DNA from: Vicugna vicugna
Taxonomy: Eukaryota
Reading direction: 5' to 3'
DNA: 64,000 bases
Assembly (NCBI GenBank): GCA_013265495.1
Contig: MU058444.1
Location: 1,488,001-1,552,000, forward strand
Positions 50,101 through 63,769 of the stretch are shown piece by piece (within the stretch, counting starts at the first letter, position 1; each line of letters starts with the position of its first letter). Both the position numbers and the translations under genes were made by a program. The notes beneath the pieces are model-generated. The model saw nothing but the letters and a program-made list of their open reading frames with translations. It did not search any database and was not told where the DNA came from.

Positions 50101-53100
50101 AAAAAGAATGAATGAAAATGATGAAGAAATTTAAACTCTACCAAAGATGAACCAAGTAAATCTGGAAATAACTAAATAGATTTTCTAGAAATATAAAAAC
50201 ATACAATTATTAAAATTACACTCAGCATGTGGAAGTACATATTTGCAACTTACATTACTTACAAAAATTATCTATCCAAAATATATGAATAGCTCCTCAA
50301 ATCAATAAAAGAAAGGCCAATAACTCAATAAGATACTTCAACAGACATTTTGCAAAAGGGGACAACCAAATGATGGGTAACAACATGAAACTCATCAAGG
50401 GAATGAAAACCACAACTTGAACGAGATTCCACAACCAGAATTACGAGTGTTGGCCACAGGAACTCTCATACGTTGATCGTGAAAGCAGAGTTGATACAAC
50501 CCTTTCTGAAAAAGAGTTTGACATTATCTACTAACATTGAAGAGGATCATAATCTACAAAGTCCCCTACTAGGTGACCCAGAAGAAATGCCTACGCATAT
50601 ACACTGAGAGACAGGATTGAAATGTTGACAGCAGCATCATTTGCAATAGCTTTAAACCAGAAATAACTCAAATGTCCATCAGTGGAAGAATGTGGTTTAT
50701 TCACATGATTTCATGCTATACTGAAAATTAACATATTGTAACTATGTGCAACAGTGTAGGTGAATCTCACCAAAATGATGTTCAGTGAGAGAAGCCAGAA
50801 ACAAACAAAAAGATATGGCATAATTCCATTTGTATAAAGTCAAAAAAAAAAANNNNNNNNNNNNNNNNNNNNNNNNNNNNNNNNNNNNNNNNNNNNNNNN
50901 NNNNNNNNNNNNNNNNNNNNNNNNNNNNNNNNNNNNNNNNNNNNNNNNNNNNNNNNNNNNNNNNNNNNNNNNNNNNNNNNNNNNNNNNNNNNNNNNNNNN
51001 NNNNNNNNNNNNNNNNNNNNNNNNNNNNNNNNNNNNNNNNNNNNNNNNNNNNNNNNNNNNNNNNNNNNNNNNNNNNNNNNNNNNNNNNNNNNNNNNNNNN
51101 NNNNNNNNNNNNNNNNNNNNNNNNNNNNNNNNNNNNNNNNNNNNNNNNNNNNNNNNNNNNNNNNNNNNNNNNNNNNNNNNNNNNNNNNNNNNNNNNNNNN
51201 NNNNNNNNNNNNNNNNNNNNNNNNNNNNNNNNNNNNNNNNNNNNNNNNNNNNNNNNNNNNNNNNNNNNNNNNNNNNNNNNNNNNNNNNNNNNNNNNNNNN
51301 NNNNNNNNNNNNNNNNNNNNNNNNNNNNNNNNNNNNNNNNNNNNNNNNNNNNNNNNNNNNNNNNNNNNNNNNNNNNNNNNNNNNNNNNNNNNNNNNNNNN
51401 NNNNNNNNNNNNNNNNNNNNNNNNNNNNNNNNNNNNNNNNNNNNNNNNNNNNNNNNNNNNNNNNNNNNNNNNNNNNNTTTTAAAGAATGTCTCCTAGTTT
51501 CAGATAGCCAGGAGGCTATAAAGAGAGATACGATATTATTTCCTGTTTCCTTCCTTAAGGACTTGTCTCTGCCTCCTCTAGGAACTCAAAAGTCATTTTT
51601 TCCTTATTAACTACACTTTAAAATAATGACACTTATTAATTACACTTCAAAAGTATTTCCTTCATTTGAATTGTTACTAAAATGCACAGACGAAATCCTC
51701 CCCAGACCGAAGAGGAAGGATGGAATTTGTAACCAGTACAATCAAGGAATGTTACCTAGCCATCACCGGTGTTGACATGAATGGGAAGGAAATACATGGT
51801 AAGAATGGAAATGCTACATCGGGCTGTGGGATGGAGAGGGTGATGACTTCAGACATGGTGATGTGTGAGCTGAGTCCTCAAGGAAGACTTTATTCTTTGT
51901 TACAGAATGGTCTTTCTTTCCCTGAAAAGGTCACTGTTTCCAAACTTGTGCTTGAGCCAGAATTGGGACCTGGAGGAGAATCAGGAAATCTACTAAGCCA
52001 CGAGATAAATGAATTGTCACCACAGATTCCACAGGCTAGTTTTGCTGCCTATAAAAACCGATCCATAAGAATTTGAGATGGTAAAGAAGGTAAGGAAAAG
52101 AAGTCTGTGGCACTGACACAAATGTTTAAGACAAGAAAATTCACTTCACGACCCCAAGACCTTTGAGGAGCTAAATGGTAGGGTGTGTTTTGAAGCATCT
52201 TAGAGGGAAAAGAAGTCAGGAAAGTGCGATGGGGCAAAAATGTGGATGGTTTTGTTTTTCATGCAGAAACATTTAGTCGGGCAGGAGTGGGGAGTGGAGA
52301 CTTTTTAGGAGAGACTTTGCATAATCAGCTACCAATGTGGAGACGCTGAAATGGGGGGACACTGAGAGGAGGGAGACTCGGTGGAGGCAATAATCCAGGG
52401 GAAAAGTTAGAACTTGAACCAGAAGGAGAGTGGCGAAGAGTGGATGGTTTTTAACTAAATTGCAGAGACAGATGCAAACAACTTTTGAAACGAACAGTTG
52501 TTTTTTTTAACCTCCCTTTTGGTTGGTGTAGATTTGTGACCAATTTTCCTACTTGTGAAATCAAAACAGCTTAGTCCACAGGATTTACCAAATTTTCATA
52601 CCAACCATAAATCCATTCGATGAGTTCCCATCTTGTCATGACAAGTAAGACTTTCAACCTTTAAAAAAACAAGCATACAAGCATACGTTGGGAGTTTTTA
52701 AAAAGTCAAAACTTCAAATTGGCAAACTAATGATTGAAGAATGTGTTAGTCAAAGGTTGCCTTGAAAAGTGGTTTGGGAGGAAGTGGTCATGTTAGAATT
52801 TTTATTCAACTATCAGATTTAATTAAAACACCCTATTAGATGTCTCAGTCATAAATAGTGACCAGGAGAATCATTACTCACTTGTACAGTGTATTTCTTT
52901 AAAATGTAGAGCCTGCCCAATCTATAAGGGATTTCAAATATTTGATAAATGTAATTATATACAAAGGAAAGAGGCTGATAATTACTACCAAAATACAGGC
53001 ATCTTTCATGCTTTCAACTAAGCATTTAAAATTTAGTACCAAACTTCCTGGAAGCATTAATTTTTTTTTAGCTATTGGAAAAAATTGTCCATCAGCCATT

Positions 53101-55161
53101 TAATCTGAAATTCTTGAAAATTCTATCACCAGCCATTTTAAATCCTCTATAGTCAAAACTGCTTCAAACTGACGTTCAGATGTAGCCAAGTGGATTTTTC
53201 AACCAGAGCCTCAAGCAGCATGTAAGCCATCACCTTCCCCAGCCAACCAGTAGCTTAAACCAGCTTCTCTGAAGTGCCTATGAACGGTATCATCATTTTT
53301 CCAAACCTCAGCAATCCATATGCATTGTCAAAATATAAAGCAATAGAGAAAAATACACTGACATAAGGCTTGCTAAAAACACATTTTCAAATATGCTCTA
53401 CACAGCATGCATATTATTTTGTTAACGGTACAATAGTTTACATACTAGCCTGTGACCTACATTACTACTTAGATTGTGAATTTTTGATGTTCAAATATTT
53501 GGATTTATACCTTCATTTTTGGTGACACTCTTCTATTTTGCTGAATAAACTATCGATTTGTCCTAACTCGCTACCTCAGAAACAAAGCTGCAGTAAAAAT
53601 CTTTGCTCATACACTCTAACAGGCTTGTCTGAATAGTCCCTTAATTATTACCAAAAATGGAATTGCTGGGAAAAGAAGCATGATTGTACTTTTGTTTTTA
53701 TCATTTCTAGTATAAATTACCGAATACCCCACTTAGAGATTTGGCTGATTTATATTTCCACCAACAATGAATGAAAGTTCCTCTTTATAAGACTGTGGGT
53801 CTTTGACCAATGGCATCTTTACTCCTCTTGTTCTTACTTATGTTGATGTTAATTACTGCAAATAATATATTCTTTCCCTGAATCACTGTATCCTTTCTTA
53901 CAACCGCCATTATGGTACCCGACTGCCTCACCTCTCACCGGGATGATTGCACAACATTCTAACTGACCCCCCAACCTCCAGCAATCTACCCAAATCATTT
54001 TAAACACACACTCTCTCTCTCGCTCTTTTCTTTTTAGTATCAGAAATCTAAACATCTTATTCTCACATTTAAACTTCTCAGTGTCTCCTTTTGCTTAGCA
54101 AATTAAGTACAAACTCCAATGTATGACACCATTCATAAGAAATGAATTTAAGATAACCTAAGATTGTTGACACATAGACACTTGGCAGGAAAAAGAAAAT
54201 CAATTTCTTACTAGCAAAGGATAACCTCAACCCAGATCTCATTCACCTTGCGCCCCAGCCCTTACCCATCCAAACACAGACACATGAAGAAAGCATGGGA
54301 GTGAATCAGCACAGAGGTTTAAAAAAAAAAAAGCAGATTTGAACTCACAACACCTTAATATCAAAGTCTTGAATACAAAATACTGACATTTTTAAATGTT
54401 TAATGAAATAAAAAGAATGAATGAAAATGATGAAGAAATTTAAACTCTACCAAAGATGAACCAAGTAAATCTGGAAATAACTAAATAGATTTTCTAGAAA
54501 TATAAAAACATACAATTATTAAAATTACACTCAGCAGGTGGAAGTACATATTTGCAACTTACATTACTTACAAAAATTATCTATCCAAAATATATGAATA
54601 GCTCCTCAAATCAATAAAAGAAAGGCCAATAACTCAATAAGATACTTCAACAGACATTTTGCAAAAGGGGACAACCAAATGATGGGTAACAACATGAAAC
54701 TCATCAAGGGAATGAAAACCACAACTTGAACGAGATTCCACAACCAGAATTACGAGTGTTGGCCACAGGAACTCTCATACGTTGATCGTGAAAGCAGAGT
54801 TGATACAACCCTTTCTGAAAAAGAGTTTGACATTATCTACTAACATTGAAGAGGATCATAATCTACAAAGTCCCCTACTAGGTGACCCAGAAGAAATGCC
54901 TACGCATATACACTGAGAGACAGGATTGAAATGTTGACAGCAGCATCATTTGCAATAGCTTTAAACCAGAAATAACTCAAATGTCCATCGGTGGAAGAAT
55001 GTGGTTTATTCACATGATTTCATGCTATACTGAAAATTAACATATTGTAACTATGTGCAACAGTGTAGGTGAATCTCACCAAAATGATGTTCAGTGAGAG
55101 AAGCCAGAAACAAACAAAAAGATATGGCATAATTCCATTTGTATAAAGTCAAAAAAAAAAA
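47169..55161 (+). repeat. Two near-identical 3684-bp copies (47169-50852 and 51478-55161) separated by a 625-N gap
   Basis: Constant offset of 4309; duplicated ORFs in the track; five single-base differences seen. Confidence 0.97.
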
Positions 55162-55269
55162 AGCAGAGTTAGCCCATGAAGTTAGAATTCTAAATAATGG
55201 TTACCTTTGGGGAGGAGGAAGAGGGTAGAGGTTGAACAGAGAAGTAGATTTGCAATGAAGCTGGACATG

Positions 55270-55960
55270 GCCAGGTGCTTACATGGGCCCCTTTCAAGGT
55301 CCTAAAGAAGCCTGCTCAATGTTCTCCCATGATCATAAGTTTTGTAAAATTTTCAAAAGAAATACAGTTGACTGCAATTAGTTAAGATTGATGGCTCATT
55401 CCTGTCCAGATTCCCCTCTGTCATACCTCCCCCTTTTATTGGATGCCTTAAGAGAGATAATAGGCATTCAGGGGAACTATCCAAAAGGAAGTCAAGTTGG
55501 CGCTCCATTGTGTCAAACTCTAGTGTCTAGTGTCAAAGTCGAGCGTCTAATATCTAGAATATTTCTTTGGTTCACAGTTACTTTTGTGGATAGCTAAGTT
55601 ATTGCCACCATTCCAGTGTAGGACTGGCTTCTAGGAATAGGTACCCCCACTGTGTTGACTTGTCAGCTTTGTGAGTAACCGTGTACAGCCAGTGGTCAGA
55701 TGGTAATGTAAGTGGATCCTACAGCGCTAGGCTCTGGAAACGGTAGGGTAATGGGGAAGACACAAGGTGCAGTGAACAGGGCCAGAAACTACTCCATGGA
55801 AGCTCCTCCAGTCATGATCTATAAGATTACAGGCAGAAAATTTATTTCTTTGTCATGTCAAGTCAAAACAGAAGTTGTCTCTTGACAGAAATATACTAGA
55901 GAAAGCAACATACACAATTATAAATGCATCCTAAATACGTTTTTCCATTTGTATTGGGAA
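55270..55960. mobile_element. hAT-Tip100 fossil (Zaphod/MER115-like)
   Basis: ttttgtaaaattttcaaaag..actgcaattagttaagattg..ggttcacagttacttttgtggatagctaagttattgc..gtgtaggactggcttctaggaata resembles the recalled consensus. Confidence 0.6.
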
Positions 55961-56497
55961 TTAAGAGAAATCAAATTTATTAAAATTCTCAGGTTTTGGA
56001 ACCTGAATAAACCCTAAGCAGAATTAAAAACAAAAACAAAACAAAGGAAACCCACTGCTAGAAATGTTGTGGTCAAAATAAAGAGAACTTAGAAGTGGCT
56101 GGAAGGAAATGAAAGATGACTTACAAAGAACAAAAATAAACTCTCCGCTAAAGTATCTGACAGCCACACAGGAAATAATAAATAGTGGGATCCTTTCAGA
56201 CAGGGGGAGAAACGTCTCAGTATCCCAGTGCATCACTGCGCTTCCAACAAAACCATTTTTCACGAACAATGTGAAAAAGACTTTCGCATACAGAAATGGA
56301 GTGCTATGGAAAACAGTTCTTAGGAGTGATTCAAAAGGAAAGTAAATGATTCCAGAAGGAAGACTTGAGATTCAGGGAGGAATGAGCAAAGAAGCTGGTG
56401 AAAGTGTGAATATACCCACATAAGCCTTGACTATGAGGATAAAAAAAAGAAAGAACTAATACTAGAGAATAATTGCCTGAGAAAAGATGTTGATTCA

Positions 56498-56864
56498 TAG
56501 AAATACCAGATATCATTCATATGTGGAACCTAAAACAAAAAGACACAAATGAACTTATCTACAAAAAGGAAACAGACTCACAGACATAGAAAACAAGCTT
56601 AGGGTTACTGGAGGGGAAGAGGGTGGGAAGGGATAAATCAGGAGTTTGGGATTTGCAGATACTAACTACTGTATATAAACTAGATAAACAACAAGTCTCT
56701 ACTGTACAGCACAGGGAACTATATTTAATACCTTATAGTAACCTGTAATGAAAAAGAATATGAAAAGGAATCTATGTATGTTCATGTATGACTGAAAGAT
56801 GATGCTGTACACCAGAAATTGACACAACATTGTAAACCGACTATACTTCAATTAAAAAATTTTT
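56498..56864 (+). mobile_element. 5'-truncated L1 3' UTR with perfect 14-bp TSD
   Basis: TSD aagatgttgattca at 56484-56497 and 56865-56878. Same 3' UTR family as 46625-47173. Confidence 0.92.
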
Positions 56865-58199
56865 AAGATGTTGATTCACTTTAGAATTTATTATTTTAGG
56901 CTGCATGTTATAATTTCTAGAGTACTAATAAAAAGAATAGAGAGTAAATAAATCATCTCTTAACCAGAAAGAGAAAAAGGTAAAATAAGAGGGCCAAAAA
57001 GCAAATTTAATGTAAGAGACAGCAAAAAAGAAGAAGAAAAATAGGAGAGAAGAGGAGAGAGAGAGAAGGAAGGAAAGAAGGAAATGAAAGGGAGGCAGGT
57101 GGGAAGGCTGAGTTGCTCGGGACAAGGTGGTACAAATTACAGAGGAGATGTGCTGGGATTCAGAGACCAATACAGACTGAAAGTGAGAGACAAAAACTAT
57201 TTCAACTGGCAGATCCCAAGGGTTGGCTTCACAGTGAGACAAAAGCTACCCATGGTGAAGATGTCACAATGAAAACAGGTCAGGCAAAGGATGCTGATTG
57301 TCAAAACTTACCTGAGCTTCCTCTGCTACCAAATCTCCTAGCTACTGATGGTGCTCTCTAGGACCGACCTCAGAGTCATCCTGGAGTCACATTTTTCAGA
57401 GCATCCTCAGAAGATTCTCATGGTCCTCCTCATGGTCACCCACTGATGGATGATACTTGCTATCCAACCTATCCAACAACATCTCAGATCATAAATTGAA
57501 GCCATCAACCATATGCATAACCCTATAGACATCAGTTTCCACTGATCCCAACTCTTGCATTACATGGGATTTTACGTTAAAATTGGAAGATTACTTTGAA
57601 AAATGGGAGGCAATTTCTTGAAATTGTTTAAAGGAAGATGTGTTTTTATAAGGATCCAAATTAGAGAAATAAATGAAGCTGGAAAAGAATTATTCTCTTC
57701 TCTTGTCTTCTATATTAAAGAGAGAGAGACAAATGATGAACATTTTTAATTATAATTTGGGGTCAAGTTCTGAGGTTTTGTAATTGTATAAAAAAAGGAT
57801 AGAATACATTAGCAAAATATATCAGAGGCAAATGATCAAATCTCATTATATATAAAGGGTTTTATAAATTGATAAAGATATAAATATACCCCACAGAAAA
57901 TATATAAATGATACGAGTAAGTAATTCATAACAGAAATATAGATGGGCACTAGACATGGCAAAGCCCTGTTTTCCACAGTCACTGAAGAAATGCAGACTA
58001 AAATGAGAAATCACTCTTAAGGATCACATTTGATTAACAGAAGTATACAGAACTATCCAGATCCTGTTTCTGATGCTCACAGTTTATCATATTAAGGGTT
58101 TTTTTTTAGTGTTTATGGGACTAAAATAAAGAATATAATTGCATTATGATTTGTTTAACATTTTTAGTTTATTAAATATCTTTGAAACTAGGCTCATAT

Positions 58200-58670
58200 C
58201 CAGTTGCTAACACAACAACTGAACTCAGCATTTCCAAAATTAAATTCTTCTTTCTACCAAAGCTTCTCCACCTAGCACTTTGCCCATCTCAGTGATAGAC
58301 ACGCTGTCCTCCCATCCCAGTTCTCAGGTCCAAAACCCTGGCAGCATGCTCTATTTTACTCCCACATCCAATATGAAAAGCAATTCTGCTGGATCTGCCT
58401 TCAAAGTCTATTCTCGGGGTGACAATTTCTCATCATTTCCACTGCTAGTGGGATGGTCCCAGCCACCATCACTTCCCGTTAGTGTGATGGCAGGAGCCTC
58501 TTACCAGGTCTCTCTGTTGCTACTCTTGCACCTCTATGATCTGGTACCCACAGAGCAGCCAGAGTGGGACTCAAAATGTAAGTCACATGAAATCACTCCT
58601 CTGCTCAAACCCTTCCCTGGCTCCCCATCTCACTCAAATTAGAAGGCAAAGTCCTTATAACTACTTCTGC
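58200..58670 (+). mobile_element. L2 LINE remnant
   Basis: ttgcccatctcagtgata..cccacagagcagccagagtg..aaatgtaagtcacatgaaatcactcctctgctcaaaaccctt-like motifs. Confidence 0.7.
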
Positions 58671-61600
58671 ATTCATCAGATAGGTTCCTGTTTGAAAGAG
58701 AAATCTTGATGGCTTAACACAGTGTCCCAACTGATGCAGGGAGGGTGTGTCTCCTTGATATCTCTCTTCCCAGGGGTCTCTCAGGAGCCTAGTCTCCTTC
58801 CAGCATGTGACTCTGCTGCTCCCAAAGCCCCTCTTGGAGCACTCTGCTGAACCCTCCATCCAGCTGGCCAACAGTGTGGCACACGAAGAGAGACGGGGAC
58901 AGAGGCAGATCGAGGAGGGGGCAGTGAGCTAGCTGAGATGCGACTGTCGGCTTTAGGGGTCACCATTAGAAGAGGCATACATCACTTCTGTCCACATTCA
59001 GTTGGCAAGAATTCATTGTATGTCCCCTCCCAGACTTCAGGGAAGAATAATCTAGGGTAATTACTTGATGGTAAGTTTTCTGCTAATTTCTCTAAAACAT
59101 GCCATATTCTTGAATGTCCTCAATAACTCTAGCGATGGTTTCTTTTGAAAAACATTTAGAGAAGTTAAAATGATTTTAAAATGTGTACATAGAAATGTAG
59201 CAGAAGGTCCTTTTTTCCTTTGGTAGAGTAATTAGAGTTCCCTTTTGGAAAATAAAAAAGCGAGTCAATACGTCGGCAATTCCAATGAGTGTCTTTAAAC
59301 GTTGGCTCTGCTGATTTCAAAAGACGCCGATGGTGCTGTATTTTGCCTCTAGGCTCTCAAGAGACAGCAGCCTCATGTAAGACCTGTCTACCTTGAAGAC
59401 CACCTAATGTTTTACAGCTACAGTTTCTAAAGAAAAACATGACAAAAACACAGCCTGAGGCAGTACCATTACACGAACAAATGTTCCTAAGTCACAACGA
59501 AAATCCTACACTTGACCAAATTTGCGCACTTTCTATATTTAGCAGGAACAGTAGCCATTTAATACTATGGGAAAAACGTGTGCATGTTTATACACACATC
59601 TTTCCTTTAAATCGTATCTTAAGGAATTCTTAAAAAAGAATGCCCTCCAAAGAGGGAGCTCTGATGAGGTTTAAATCAGAGTGACAGAAAAATCTGCTAA
59701 TCTCCTATCAGGCCGAATTAAATCACAGTGTTACTAGAGAATTTGATGATTTTGGAGGAAAATTTAATTATGATATAAATCAAATGTTAAAATAATCCTC
59801 TAAGGAAACTTACTTCATTTGGGAGAAAAATAAAGTTTCACCAGTAACCATAGTGAGTTGATATTATTACAGTTGTTTTTATAAGTTGTTACCATGACTT
59901 TTTTGACTTTGGGGCTAGATTTTACTTCAAATACAACAGATGGCAATGATTATACTTCTGTAACTTTTTTTTTCTTGAATAACTAAACAGAGCACAATAA
60001 AATAAACAGTCCTATACACTAGAGAGTTTTGTTTTGTTTCCCATTTTATTAAAACTAAAACTGAATAAAGTCACTCAAACCAAATATCAAATGAGACCTC
60101 CATGTATCCCCAACTTTACCCGCAAATTTAAAAATATTAAAATATTCTATTTGGGACTTCTCTCATGGTTTTCACAGGACTAAAATAAAGTAGAACAAAA
60201 ATTTTGTAAGCAAGAAAGTTCACAACACAGACAGCTCAAATTAGAAGCAAATGTTAAAACCGTAGGAGAAAGTCCATTTGCATCTGTCTCACGGGCTACA
60301 AAATTTGTGAAACCAGACTTTGATAGAATTAAAATCTGAAAAAAAAAATCTTACAATGGAATTTTTATTCCAAAGATTTCCAAATTGATTTCTTAGTATT
60401 ATATGATATCTATCGATAACCCTGAATCTTCCTTTTCATGACCTCTCTGAAAAAAGAAGATTTGGGTCATTTTCAAAACTGAAACTAAAGCACACAAATA
60501 AAGCCAAATGAAGGTTACTGTTCACAGAGCCTATTTTAAGTAAATTAATTCTCTAAGGACTATTTAATAAAAATGGTGTAGTTGATGGTAAATGTACTCT
60601 AATGAATGTGGCACTTAATTCGATGTTAGGGACCAGATTCCCATTGCCAGATATTTAAAATGTTGATGTGTGTCCTTGGGTAAATCTTGGTTAAAAAAAA
60701 AAAATCTTGGGTAAAAACTTTCATTTTTTATTTTTCCTATTCTGATGAATAAGACAATAAAGCTTCTGACAAGATAGAATTTGTCAATCATGCTCAAATG
60801 TTGACACACAATTAAATAGGGACTTGGTATCATAATAGTATCAGTGTTAAAACGATTAGTCATTGTGATTTCATTGGCATAGATAAAAGCCTTTCTTAAA
60901 CAGTGTGTGGAATGGTTTCTAAAGTGCCAAATTGCCTTTCTAATGATCTCATCGTGATTTCATTCTTCAGTTAACAGCCTGAACATTTGATGGAATAAAG
61001 TGTTCTGATTGAGCAATACCCAAAGTATTTGCCTATAAAATTTTTCTCTTTTAAAAACAAATTCTGCAACAATTCAGCAAAATTACTGAAGAAGACCAGC
61101 AAAATGAATCTTAGGCGTGCTTCAAGATCTAATCGTTCTAGTAATAACCATTGATCCAACAAATCGAAGAACTAATTACTCAGAATTGCAGACCTTAGGC
61201 CGCTGATCCTAGAACAAACAGACTGAAGTTTCATATTCATGGCATGTTGCCTGACTATGAAAATAATTCTTGATGATTATTTTTAAAATTCAGAAAAAAA
61301 CAGAAAGCGTAAAACAAAGAAAATAATAAGCATGCATGTAACATTCCAAAACAAACTGTTACATTTTCACTATATATCCTTTCAGGATTTTTTTTTCTAT
61401 GCAAGCCCAGGAAGTCCTCTGTTTACATATGGTTGCTTTCCTGGAAATATTTTAAAACTTAGAGGCCTAAAAAAATCAAAATTTTAAGTATTATCTGTAA
61501 ATAAATCAGGTTATGTTCACAGGTAATTAAATTCATACACGCACACGTGCGCACAACACACAGGTTACAAAGCCTCCTTGTTTCAGTTCGGATGGGCCCA

Positions 61601-62484
61601 GGGAGATGCGACGTCACAGGCACGTAGAGGTCTCCAGGAAGACCCATGCCTTTCTCCCCAGAGCTGGTCTCTCCCCTCCCTCGGTCCTATTTGCAGGATC
61701 GGAAGCAGGAGCATCCTGCCTGGATGGGTGGCTGGGAGGGGACTGGTCTTCCCTTGCACACACCCTGACCTGACGGAGCTCAGCCAGCCCTGCTCACTGA
61801 GACCACCAACATGAGGGTCCCAACGTAGCTGCCTGTACTCAAGAAACCCCATACCACCCGCCACTCAGCCCACCCCCATTCTGCCCTGAATGCACCCTGC
61901 AGGAAGTAAGTACAGTAGCAGGAAAGCTTGGGTCACCTCTTCAGATGGTCATGGGACCTGAGAGTCCTGGGCTTCCTGGAGCTCCCTGAGCCAATGGGAC
62001 GGGGGCACCGAAGAGCAGGACAGCCCGGCAGACTGGGTCAGGGCTCTGTCTGCAAGACATGGGGCCAGCAGGACCACAGATTGGCCAAAACACACTTCTA
62101 AGACCGTGGCAACCTGTCCTTCCCTGGCGCTCTAGTACAGAAGACTTCAAAGGCATTCTGCAAAAATCAACTCTGTATAAAACTGTGCATGTACATTAAT
62201 CAAAGAAAGGTGTAAGCTGTAGAAACGCCATGTAATAGGCTTGTGTATTGATATAGTCAAACATGCACACCTGTATACATCTGTAGATACCTGCATATGT
62301 TTAATTATAACATTGCACTATGTGACCTTATTTGTTAATATTGGTTTCTCCATGTTGCTCATTGTATTGTTTTAAGTTATTCTCACTTATACTAAGAATT
62401 TTATCTTCATGTCATCATGGCATCCAGGGGGGAATTTTATTCCTAGAGGTAATAATAAATACCACATTTTTAAAAATCATGGAG

Positions 62485-62620
62485 GGGGAGGAGGGTATAG
62501 CTCAGTGGTCGAGTGTGTGCTTAGCATGCACGAGGTCCTGGGTTCAATCCCCAGTACCTACATTAAAAATTTTTTTAAAATAAATAAACCTAATTACCCC
62601 TCCCCAAAACAAAACAATTA
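62485..62620 (+). mobile_element. Vic-1-type SINE, long form
   Basis: Consensus head plus aaataaacctaattacccctcccc. TSD aaaaa(t/g)catggag at 62472-62484 and 62621-62633, at a TT/AAAA site. Confidence 0.92.
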
Positions 62621-63672
62621 AAAAAGCATGGAGAGCTACTGGAGGTTGATGACAGTGCCCTCTTGAATATTCCTCATGTGACTTCCTAGGACTTGGTGGG
62701 GAGGAATGGTTTCAAAACTACTTCCAGAAGGCTTGCCTAGGAACATGTGGACGGGATTTGGAGTTAGGAAATCCCAGATCTTTCTAGCTCTTATTGGACA
62801 TGAGATCTTGAAAATGACACTTAGATTCCCTTTCCTCCGTTTTCTTAAGATTCGCTTGGGGATTAAACCAACCTTTAATCCACCCCTTCCTCAATACTTT
62901 TAAAATGCAGGTGATTAAGGTGCTTTAATCCTTGCCAAGCAAATGAACAGGACGTGCTGTTAGGAGTCACAGCTATAGACATCACCAGCCAGGGAGAAGA
63001 TGAGGCTTGAATGGGGCAGAGGATAAACAGAGACAAGTCCACAAATGATCTCCGGGGGAAATTAGGCAGAGAGATGGCGGGGGCAACACTGATGTGGAGG
63101 GAGAAAAGGAAGGGGAGGGGTGGTCGTGTGTCAGAGGTCTCAGAGGAGTCAAGAACAAGGAGAACACGGGAGCTCATCTGTTGTCATTTTAGTTCAGTAA
63201 AGACAGCGGACACCTGATGGCAATGGATGTGACAACTTGACACTTACCTTTTCAGAATCTTGGGGTGACACCTGTTAGCCAGGTGACAGCTTTAGTTTTC
63301 TTCAGGTGACGTCTCTAGTTTTCTTCTGAAGATCAGAAGAGGATCTGGGATCATCACTTAATTAATTAGTCATTTCCTCCTTTATTCCAAGGTTCTGCAA
63401 TGCATAGAAGTTGCCCCAATCTGATTGAAGCTCTATTCTTACGCATCAGTGCGGGGGGCCACTCATGGCCTGAGGGCTGCCGAGCACAGAAACTGGGCCT
63501 AAACTCCCAGAGTGCGGGGCGTCAGGCTCTAAGGCTGACTGAGCAAAGACAATCTCTGTCCCGCCACCCCTTTGTTAGAAAAACAGCAGGTGCATTTGGA
63601 GTCGGAAAAACATCTTGATGCCATTGAGTTATTAAGAACAGGGGCTTCTGGAAAGAGAGATACAGGTCACAC

Positions 63673-63769
63673 AAGTTAGTGATCTTAGTAACAATCACCT
63701 GAGTTACCAATACACAAGTTACATAAGTTAGTGATCTTAGCGACAATTACCTGAGTTACCAATACACAA
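63673..63769 (+). repeat. 45-bp direct repeat x2 (period 52, 3 mismatches)
   Basis: aagttagtgatcttag(ta/cg)acaat(c/t)acctgagttaccaatacacaa at 63673-63717 and 63725-63769. Confidence 0.93.

Noticed and set aside
50830..51483. 217-aa ORF
   Set aside because: Almost entirely N gap.
47411..52076. Duplicated 118-aa ORF (47411-47767 and 51720-52076) suggesting a paralogous gene pair
   Set aside because: No recognisable protein family. The apparent conservation comes only from the probable assembly duplication.
63673..63769. CRISPR-like repeat-spacer pattern
   Set aside because: Only two units, a 7-bp spacer, mammalian context and no cas genes.
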